This document shows positions 8,152 to 15,545 of a DNA stretch of 20,067 nt, in pieces. Within the stretch, counting starts at the first letter, position 1; each line of letters opens with the position of its first letter. A program made the position numbers and the translations under genes. The notes beneath the pieces are model-generated. The model was given only the letters and a program-made list of their open reading frames with translations, made no database searches and was not told the origin of the DNA. Where the stretch lies: the NCBI GenBank assembly GCA_038883715.1, contig JAVZLS010000017.1, positions 1-20,067 on the forward strand. Reading direction: 5' to 3'. Source of the DNA: Candidatus Bathyarchaeia archaeon. Its GTDB lineage: Archaea; Thermoproteota; Bathyarchaeia; Bathyarchaeales; Bathycorpusculaceae.

Positions 8152-9426
8152 TTGAAAGAAATGAGTCCTCTTCAAATAAAGTTTCTAGGCGCAACCCATG
8201 AGGTTGGTAGAGCAGCCATATCCGTCAAAACAGAAAAAACACAAGTTTTGCTAGACTACGGCGTAATGCTCAACCACGAGCCTGGCTTCCCAATGCATTT
8301 GCCACCAAAAGAAGTGGACGCAATAATTTTGGGACACAGCCACCTAGACCACTCCGGTGCAATCCCCATATTCTTCATTCATGGAAAGAAAACAGTTTAC
8401 GCGAACAGACTTACAGCAGAGCTTAGCCAACTACTAATTTCAGACTTCATACACCTTTCAAGCTACTATCTCCCATACGAGTATCTTGAACTAAGAACCA
8501 TGATGAGGCACATTAGGCACTTGGATTTTGGCGCGAAAGAAACCGTTGGAGACATAACCTTCGAACTTCACAACGCTGGACACATCCCCGGAAGCGCACA
8601 AGTCCTCATAGAGGCTGAAGGAAGGAGGCTATTGTATACTGGCGACTTTAACTTGATAAATACAAGGCTTTTAGAGGGGGCGAAAATGGACTACGGCGAC
8701 CTAGACGCAGTCATAATAGAGAGTACATACGCCGATGAGGACCACCCGGAACGTTCAGAACTCGAAAAGCAATTCGTTGAGGAAGTGACAGAAATAGTAG
8801 AACGGGGCGGGACAGTTCTTATACCAGCCTTCAGCATTGGAAGATCCCAAGAGATTGCATGCATCCTCGCCGCCTACCATTTTGAGCATCCAGTTTACCT
8901 CGATGGGATGGCGCGGGAAGCCAGCAGAATGATGATGAATCACATGCAATTCTTGAGGGATCCAAAACTGTTCATGGATGCCGTCCACTCGGTCAATTGG
9001 GTGGAGGGCTGGCGGGACCGCAGAAAAGCCACAAAAATGCCTTGCGTAATAATTTCACCAGCTGGCATGCTTAAGGGCGGTCCTGCAGCATTCTACATAT
9101 CTAAAATTGGTAAAAAGGCGAATAACGCAGTTTTCCTCGTGAGCTACCAAATCCCCGGCACGCCTGGAAGAGAACTCCTAGAGAAAGGGGTATGCGTCAT
9201 CGACGGGAAAATGCGAAAGGTTAAGGCTACAGTTAAACACTTTGACTTTTCATCCCATTGCGGCGCAAAAGAGCTTAAAGAAGCCGTGAAAAAAATTAAC
9301 GGCAAGGCAAAATTCTACGTGATCCACGGCGCCGAGGGAAACTGCGAACTTCTTGCAAAATGGATAGAGAAAGAAGCTGGGCTGGAGGCTGTAGCTCCTA
9401 GACCAGGAGACACATTTAAGGTTTAA
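8152..9426 (+). CDS. metallo-beta-lactamase/beta-CASP ribonuclease (aCPSF2-like, no KH domains)
   Basis: FLGA..EVGR, LLDYG, HSHLDH, AGHIPG, YTGDF, IESTY, PAFSIGRSQE, FSSH and IHG motifs. Start may be ATG at 8161. Confidence 0.9.
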   Translation: MKEMSPLQIKFLGATHEVGRAAISVKTEKTQVLLDYGVMLNHEPGFPMHLPPKEVDAIILGHSHLDHSGAIPIFFIHGKKTVYANRLTAELSQLLISDFIHLSSYYLPYEYLELRTMMRHIRHLDFGAKETVGDITFELHNAGHIPGSAQVLIEAEGRRLLYTGDFNLINTRLLEGAKMDYGDLDAVIIESTYADEDHPERSELEKQFVEEVTEIVERGGTVLIPAFSIGRSQEIACILAAYHFEHPVYLDGMAREASRMMMNHMQFLRDPKLFMDAVHSVNWVEGWRDRRKATKMPCVIISPAGMLKGGPAAFYISKIGKKANNAVFLVSYQIPGTPGRELLEKGVCVIDGKMRKVKATVKHFDFSSHCGAKELKEAVKKINGKAKFYVIHGAEGNCELLAKWIEKEAGLEAVAPRPGDTFKV

Positions 9427-9431
9427 AGAAC

Positions 9432-9980
9432 ATGAAGATAGGAATTTTACGCATAGGGCAAGTCTACTCGAAAGTCCTAAACAGAATATGCGAAAACATA
9501 AACATGGCGTTCCCAAAAACACAGTGCCAAGTAATCCGTGAAACTTTGACTTTGCCGAAAGAAGCCTTCGACAAAGTAAGGAAGCAGTACCGCTCAGACG
9601 TGATCTTAGGCTTAGTGGCAAGCTATGCAGAAAAAGCCAGAAACCTAAACCGTGTTTTAGGCGTGGTCGACACCGACATTTATGTTCCAGGATTAAACTT
9701 TGTTTTTGGAGAGGCGGAATGCCCTGGAAAGGCTGCCATCATATCCCTTTGGAGGCTGAGACCAGAATTTTATGGCGCTCCATCGAACTTTGAACTTTTC
9801 ATCGAAAGGGGCACAAAGGAGGCTGTGCATGAACTTGGACACACCTTCGGCTTAACTCACTGCAAAAATCCATTTTGTGTTATGTACTTTTCCAACTCCA
9901 TCTTTGAAACAGACAGAAAGAAAGGCATATTTTGTAATACGTGTTATTCAAATATTGAAAAGCTTCTGCAAATTAAATAG
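9432..9980 (+). CDS. amzA: archaemetzincin (M54 Zn metalloprotease)
   Basis: LNFVFGEA, HELGHTFGLTH zinc motif followed by C-x4-CVM...FC-x2-C (Cys4 site and Met-turn). Confidence 0.93.
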   Translation: MKIGILRIGQVYSKVLNRICENINMAFPKTQCQVIRETLTLPKEAFDKVRKQYRSDVILGLVASYAEKARNLNRVLGVVDTDIYVPGLNFVFGEAECPGKAAIISLWRLRPEFYGAPSNFELFIERGTKEAVHELGHTFGLTHCKNPFCVMYFSNSIFETDRKKGIFCNTCYSNIEKLLQIK

Positions 9981-10004
9981 CCAAGCACCTCGGTCTTCTA
10001 AAGA

Positions 10005-10117
10005 TTGGGGATTTACCCAAGGGTTCGGTGAGTTTTAAGAGGGGAGAAAGGAGAGAAGGGAGCTCCAAAAATAGGAACCACCGAACCCTTTTTGGGCTCC
10101 CCTTCCTTTCTTTCAAT
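10005..10117 (-). ncRNA. candidate structured non-coding RNA (long stem plus pseudoknot); not a family I recognise
   Basis: Interleaved inverted repeats 10045-10071/10089-10111 (~23 bp with bulges) and 10019-10030/10079-10090 (12/12). A G.U pair forms only on the minus strand. Upstream BRE-TATA at 10141-10155. Ends are estimates. Confidence 0.5.
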
Positions 10118-10140
10118 GGAAAAAGGAAAGAGAAGCACTA

Positions 10141-10155
10141 ATATAAAAGCTTTTC
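10141..10155 (-). promoter_or_regulatory. BRE-TATA promoter (GAAAAGC-TTTTATAT) pointing into the intergenic structured element
   Basis: Near-consensus archaeal BRE + TATA on the minus strand with no annotated gene downstream; standard spacing puts +1 near 10114-10118. Confidence 0.6.
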
Positions 10156-10180
10156 TATCAAAAAAGCGTTTCATCAGCAG

Positions 10181-11206
10181 CTAAAACTGTTTCACAGCTC
10201 TAACAGTTCTTTCTAGGAGAAGTTGGGCTGCTTCTTGTGTTGGCCAACCACCGAGTCCGCAGTCTGGCCCTGTGAAGGTCATTCTCTCTCCAAATTTTTC
10301 CGTGGCGTTTTCAAATCTTTTTCTGATAGTTTTTTCGTCTTCGACAAGCTGTCCTATTTCTGGTTTTGTTATTCCCTTCTCATAAAGTTCTGCGATGATG
10401 GAGTCTATGTCGGTTCTGGCTATTCCAACACGGATGAACTTATCCGTCTTTTCAAGTATGCTTTTTGAAAGGAATTCTAGGCTGCAAGGAGAGGCTGCAT
10501 ACTCTATGGACACCACATCCAGATTTTTAACATTTAAAATGTCCACGATTCTTGCTGGAGAGTGCATATGAATGTGCTTTTGAACGTCGCCTTCGAAATT
10601 TAAGGCCTTTTCTAGGGCTTCCACTGTTGTTTCTTTGTCTGCTGATATTTCTTGAAAGCCGAAACTCGGCTCGTCGAGGGCGACAACCTCCGTTTTTACG
10701 TATTTTGAGTTTAAAATGGCGTTTTTGGCGAACCGTCTTACGGTTTCTGCAAACATAAATAGCACATCCTTGTATAGGGTTGTTCCGATCTCTTTTAAGT
10801 AAAGCTCCAATGGACCAGTAACACAGACGCGAAGGGCAATCCTTTTTCCTATACCTTTGTAAATTCTTTTTGCCTCTTCGTTGATAACATGTACTTCGGG
10901 TATGATAGCGTCTTTCTCTTCAACAATGTATGTGCCTCTTTCCATCGCCTTATGGATGGGTTCAGCGAACTGCCTATGTATGTCATAGTGTTGTGGATAA
11001 TTGGCGATATCCAAACCGGTTTTAAGCTTTTTAAAAAACGATTCTACTACAACTTCGTAGAAGTTTTTATACAGGAAAGGGTTCTCTTTCAAATTTTTTC
11101 CGTTGGCAACTTGTTCTCTTGCCAGCTTATAAGCTTCATCAAACACTTTTCTTTCAATAGATTTGGGCAGGGGGAAGCTTCCTACGTCGTCAACAAACAC
11201 TTCCAT
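10181..11206 (-). CDS. core (single-barrel, folate-independent) methionine synthase, MetE C-terminal-like, probably MesC-type
   Basis: DDVGSFP N-terminus, CVTGP, LDEPS, HIHMHS (H-x-H in place of H-x-C), SIEY and GPDCGLGGW. At 341 aa it lacks the N-terminal folate-binding barrel. Confidence 0.8.
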   Translation of the reverse strand: MEVFVDDVGSFPLPKSIERKVFDEAYKLAREQVANGKNLKENPFLYKNFYEVVVESFFKKLKTGLDIANYPQHYDIHRQFAEPIHKAMERGTYIVEEKDAIIPEVHVINEEAKRIYKGIGKRIALRVCVTGPLELYLKEIGTTLYKDVLFMFAETVRRFAKNAILNSKYVKTEVVALDEPSFGFQEISADKETTVEALEKALNFEGDVQKHIHMHSPARIVDILNVKNLDVVSIEYAASPCSLEFLSKSILEKTDKFIRVGIARTDIDSIIAELYEKGITKPEIGQLVEDEKTIRKRFENATEKFGERMTFTGPDCGLGGWPTQEAAQLLLERTVRAVKQF

Positions 11207-11305
11207 AAGAGGAGACTATACACTTTTACCAATAAAAGTTAATCTGGAGGCTTAAATCTTAAGAGTAACAAATATAAGCGTGTTCCCTTCTGTGAACATT
11301 GACTG

Positions 11306-12274
11306 GTGAGAAAAATGCCGAGCGTATGGAAACTTCGTGCATCCATGATTGGAACATTAGCCCTAATAATAGGCTTATCCACGTTGGTGTTCACGTTAAT
11401 CTTGAGCTTAATCGGCATACCGAACTTGCTTATTTTGGGAGTTTTGGTTGTGGCATTCAACGTGGGACAGTGGTTAATCTCCCCATACATAATTGACGCC
11501 CTCTACCGCACACGTGAAATACATGAAAGTGAAAACCCAAAACTTCATCAGATAGTTGAAAATCTAAGCAGAAAAAGCGGATTAAAAAAGCCAAAGCTGA
11601 TGCTTGCCCAAATTCCAATTCCAAACGCCTTTGCGTATGGCTCGCCCATCGCTGGAAACCGTGTGGCCGTGACAAGCGGGCTTCTAAAAACCCTCGATGA
11701 AGGGGAGGTTGAAGCGGTTTTAGGTCATGAGCTGGGACACTTGAAACATAGGGACGTGCAAATAATGATGTTTGTTTCGCTTCTTCCAGCGCTTTTCTAC
11801 TACATTGGCTATTCACTTATAATCTCTTCAATGTATGGCAGGCGAAGAGAAGAAGGCAGTGGAACAGCAGCGTTAGGCTTTGGTTTCATGGCTTTCTCAT
11901 GGATTCTAAACATGTTCATACTATACTTAAGTCGTCTCCGTGAGTATTATGCTGACAGACACAGCGCCCTAATAGTCGAAAATGGTGCACAAAAACTCTC
12001 AGAAGGACTAGCAAAAATAGTCCACACAACTAGGAACATGGGGAAAGCAAGAAAACAGGTGCAGCACCTAAACGCCTTCAAGGCTTTATTCATAACAGAC
12101 CCGGATCGTGTGGAAACAGACTCGGCGGCATTAACAGCGGCAGCATCTGGCGACCAAAAACTTGTCCAAGAACTCCTATCAAGGAGACTGACAACACTGG
12201 ATAGAATAATCGAAATTTTCTCAACGCATCCAAACATAGTAAAACGCTTAAGAGCTCTGCAAGAACTAGGCTAA
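11306..12274 (+). CDS. htpX: membrane Zn metalloprotease HtpX (M48)
   Basis: Two N-terminal TM segments, PNAFAYG, AVLGHELGHLKHRD, SRLREYYAD and FSTHP...RL motifs. Start is GTG 11306 or ATG 11315. Confidence 0.93.
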   Translation: MRKMPSVWKLRASMIGTLALIIGLSTLVFTLILSLIGIPNLLILGVLVVAFNVGQWLISPYIIDALYRTREIHESENPKLHQIVENLSRKSGLKKPKLMLAQIPIPNAFAYGSPIAGNRVAVTSGLLKTLDEGEVEAVLGHELGHLKHRDVQIMMFVSLLPALFYYIGYSLIISSMYGRRREEGSGTAALGFGFMAFSWILNMFILYLSRLREYYADRHSALIVENGAQKLSEGLAKIVHTTRNMGKARKQVQHLNAFKALFITDPDRVETDSAALTAAASGDQKLVQELLSRRLTTLDRIIEIFSTHPNIVKRLRALQELG

Positions 12275-12318
12275 ACTTTCCTCCTTCTTAACATTTTTAA
12301 CAAAGAGTCACGTAAGGT

Positions 12319-13434
12319 TTACTGATAAACTTTGACTGGTTTTCCAAGGATTTTGTTATTTAACTCCTTTATTCCCAGTCCGTGAATTTTTGGAAACGTC
12401 CGCATTGAGTCTCTGACTTTCGTTCCGCCTTTTGTAACCAGTTTGTCCTTGAGTAGCAAGTCGGAGTCTAGGTCTGCATACTGTATGTTTTTTACTGCCG
12501 CGGCTAGGTGGGTTCCAGCTGCTATGCCTATTTCTGACTCACCCATGCAGCCTATCATGCATGATATTCCAGCGGCTTCGGCTATGGCGGCTATTTTCTT
12601 GGCTTTGTGAATTCCTCCACTTTTCATCAACTTTATGTTTATCATGTCTACGGCTTCAGCTTTTATCAGTTGTAGGGCGTCTTCCGGCGAGTGAACGCTT
12701 TCATCCGCCATTATCGGAATAGGCGAGTTCCGCTTAACCTCCACTAGTCCTTTCAAGTCTTCTGCTGGGACTGGCTGTTCCGCGAATTGAATGTTAAACT
12801 TTTCAATTTTGTTTAAAACTTCTATGGCTTGCTTTGGCGTCCAGCCTTGATTTGCGTCAATCCTTATCTGTATTTTTTCGCCGACCGCTTCGCGGATAAG
12901 CCTAATCCTTTCGATGTCTTCTTCTGGGTTTACTCCAACCTTAACTTTTAGGGCTTTAAACCCTTTCTTAACGGCTTTAACCGCGTCTTTAGCCATTTCC
13001 TTTGGAGACTTTATGCTTAATGTGATGTCGGTTAGGACTTCGGTTCTGTAGCCACCCATAACCATGTAAAGGGGCTTTCGAACAGTCTTGCCTAAAATGT
13101 CGTGTAAGGCTATGTCTATGGCCGCCTTTGCCGAGGGGTTTCCAGCCACAATGGAATCCATAAGCTCAATGTTTTGCTCAATTCTTAAGGGGCACATGCC
13201 AATAAGCTTAGGCACAATCTTATCCAAGGCTTTGATGACGGTCTCAGCTGTTTCGTCGGTAACCCGCTCTGAAGGCGAAGATTCACCCCAGCCGTAAACG
13301 CCATAATCCGTAACTATTTTCACGACAACGTTGTGGCTTTCGGTGCTTGCGCCCGGAGCGATACGGAAAGGTTCACGGTAAGCCAAAGTAACCGGATAAA
13401 CTTCGATTTTTTGAATTCCCAAAGCTTCTTTCAC
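12319..13434 (-). CDS. dipeptide epimerase (L-Ala-D/L-Glu epimerase family, enolase superfamily MLE subgroup)
   Basis: G.GE, AAIDIALHD..GK, catalytic KVK, metal ligands DANQ/EQP/DES, NIKLMK and the DLD motif diagnostic of dipeptide epimerases. Confidence 0.88.
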   Translation of the reverse strand: MKEALGIQKIEVYPVTLAYREPFRIAPGASTESHNVVVKIVTDYGVYGWGESSPSERVTDETAETVIKALDKIVPKLIGMCPLRIEQNIELMDSIVAGNPSAKAAIDIALHDILGKTVRKPLYMVMGGYRTEVLTDITLSIKSPKEMAKDAVKAVKKGFKALKVKVGVNPEEDIERIRLIREAVGEKIQIRIDANQGWTPKQAIEVLNKIEKFNIQFAEQPVPAEDLKGLVEVKRNSPIPIMADESVHSPEDALQLIKAEAVDMINIKLMKSGGIHKAKKIAAIAEAAGISCMIGCMGESEIGIAAGTHLAAAVKNIQYADLDSDLLLKDKLVTKGGTKVRDSMRTFPKIHGLGIKELNNKILGKPVKVYQ

Positions 13435-13470
13435 CGCATGATAGTTTACACACTTCCTGGAAAAGTTTTA

Positions 13471-14763
13471 CTAAAATTCTTCTGCCGTTTTTCGTCGCTT
13501 TATTCCCGTTCTCTTGAACTTTATTTTTGCCGTTAGAATTTTCTCTGTGGCGAAAAGCCTTGAGGCTGCATACATAACTACCATCGTGAAGGCAAAAACG
13601 TAGGTTATGCCTAATGCTGCGGTCCAATAGTCGCCCATTATGACGGCTTTTGAGGCTATTATGGGGTGGCTAAATGGAATAGCATAAAAGAGAATTCTAA
13701 TAGCCAATGGCAAGGTGTTGATGTCCAAGTATATTAGGGCGAAGGATGGAAGAAATATAAGCGGGTAAATGTAGCCCACAAAGGATTGGGCGCTTCTCAC
13801 ATCTTCAGCGAAGGCAGACATTATAACAGCCAAAGCCAAAGCCGAAAGCATTGAAACAAAGAGGGATACACCCAAGAGCAGATAGCCACAAAAAGAAGGC
13901 GTAAGCCCCAAGGCAGCCAAATCCAGGTTTATGTTAGCTGGAATCCCGGACATGGCCGAGCCCAACAAATAGCTGTAGCCAGCCATATATGCCACAGCGC
14001 CAACAGCGGCAACAATAATTGAACCGGAAAGCTTCCCCAAAAGTATTGAAAGGCGATCCATAGGCAGAGTTAACAATGTTTCAAGGGTTTTCTCCTCCTT
14101 TTCCATGGCTACCGAAGTGGCAGCTATCTGCACCGAATAAGTAAGTAAAATCATAATCGTAATGGGAAGAGCAATAGACTGGGACATAAGCAGACCAGAA
14201 AGCATGGCTGGATCAACGCCGGGCTTAACTTCGCCCTTTATAATTGCTGACTTTTCAACTGCCACAACATTTGGGGCAACATGCCTATTAAACTGTTCAA
14301 TGAAAGCATCAATTATTGACGAGCCAAACCCCTCGAAAGCGCCTACTGTAGAAAGCACTCCATAAAACTTCAACTTGATGCTCACGTTTTGCCCGCCAAG
14401 GTATGCATTAATAGTATCGTTAAAGCCGTTGGGAATTTCGAGAACTTGCTTGACATTATATTTTAAAAGCAGCTTTGTTATGTTTTCGTTGCTTAGTACA
14501 ATGTTGCTTTCATTGAAAACGTTAATACTCGCCATCCTAAGCATGTCTGTAAAATTCTTAGCCCAGTATCCTCCATCATTATCTACAACAACAAGGGCGG
14601 CTTTTGCTGCTCTTTCTTGCGCAGATTTTGTTGCATAGTTTATGACTCCGCCCAAAACTGGAAACATTACTAGGGGGACAATTATCATTCCTAAGAGGAT
14701 TTTTGGGTCTCTTACAAGCTCTTTAAGCTCTTTTAATAGGAAGTTGCCAAATCCCCTAAGCAA
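13471..14763 (-). CDS. ABC-2 type exporter permease (NatB-like)
   Basis: KELKELVRD start, one TM, large extracytoplasmic loop, EKEEKTLETLLTLP...GK motif and about five further TMs; overlaps the ATPase stop by 8 nt. Confidence 0.88.
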   Translation of the reverse strand: MLRGFGNFLLKELKELVRDPKILLGMIIVPLVMFPVLGGVINYATKSAQERAAKAALVVVDNDGGYWAKNFTDMLRMASINVFNESNIVLSNENITKLLLKYNVKQVLEIPNGFNDTINAYLGGQNVSIKLKFYGVLSTVGAFEGFGSSIIDAFIEQFNRHVAPNVVAVEKSAIIKGEVKPGVDPAMLSGLLMSQSIALPITIMILLTYSVQIAATSVAMEKEEKTLETLLTLPMDRLSILLGKLSGSIIVAAVGAVAYMAGYSYLLGSAMSGIPANINLDLAALGLTPSFCGYLLLGVSLFVSMLSALALAVIMSAFAEDVRSAQSFVGYIYPLIFLPSFALIYLDINTLPLAIRILFYAIPFSHPIIASKAVIMGDYWTAALGITYVFAFTMVVMYAASRLFATEKILTAKIKFKRTGIKRRKTAEEF

Positions 14764-15490
14764 GCTTCACCACCTTTGCAAAAACTTCTTCCAAATTTGT
14801 GCCTCCAAACTTTTCCTTCAGTTCTTGGGGTTCCCCCTCGGCAACTACCATGCCCTTGTTTATTAGGGCAACCCTATCGCATAAGTATTCAACCTCAAGC
14901 ATGTTGTGGCTTGAAAGAAGAACGGTTACACCATGCTTCTTAACATAGCTTTTTATTATTTCTCTAACATGGTAGGAGTGAAGCACATCCAAACCACTTG
15001 TGGGCTCGTCAAGGATAGCCAACTTCGGCTTAAGCATTAAGGCTCTGGCAACGAGAAGGCGACGCTTCATTCCCTTACTATAAGTTTTGGTTTTATCCTT
15101 CAGTCTTTCCCCTAAACCAGAGATTTCAGCAGCCTCCATAACCATTTTACGGGCTTCAGCCTTATCGCTTGTATGAAACCTTGCCATAAACTCAAGATAC
15201 TCCAAACCAGAAAGATAACGATAAGCGCCAGCCTCCTCCGGAAGATAAGAGATTATTCGACGAACATCAGCCGCATTTTGCACCACGTCATATCCAAAAA
15301 CCTTAACAGTACCCGAAGTTGGCAGAAGCAGCGTTGAAACTATCCGCAGAGCAGTAGTTTTTCCAGCCCCGTTAGGACCAATAAGCCCGAAAACCTCGCC
15401 GGGTTTGACGCTGAAACTTAACCTGTTTAAAGCGCGGATGCTCCCAAAAACTTTGGTAACGTCGTGAGCATCAACAGCCAACATTGCCAA
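14756..15490 (-). CDS. ABC exporter ATP-binding subunit (NatA/CcmA-like)
   Basis: Walker A GPNGAGKT, signature YSKGM, Walker B ILDEPTSGLD, H-loop SSH. Start probably TTG 15490 or ATG 15484 after GAGG (ORF track gives 15520). Confidence 0.92.
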   Translation of the reverse strand: MAMLAVDAHDVTKVFGSIRALNRLSFSVKPGEVFGLIGPNGAGKTTALRIVSTLLLPTSGTVKVFGYDVVQNAADVRRIISYLPEEAGAYRYLSGLEYLEFMARFHTSDKAEARKMVMEAAEISGLGERLKDKTKTYSKGMKRRLLVARALMLKPKLAILDEPTSGLDVLHSYHVREIIKSYVKKHGVTVLLSSHNMLEVEYLCDRVALINKGMVVAEGEPQELKEKFGGTNLEEVFAKVVKLA

Positions 15491-15545
15491 AACCTCTCTT
15501 TTGAGAACGTTTACAAACATCCTTAAAATAATTGCTATTACGCGT

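Noticed and set aside
9981-10180. Intergenic element as CRISPR, C/D or H/ACA guide, or simple terminator
   Set aside because: No repeat-spacer periodicity, no RUGAUGA/CUGA boxes or K-turn/ACA arrangement, and interleaved helices with a dedicated TATA exceed what a terminator needs.
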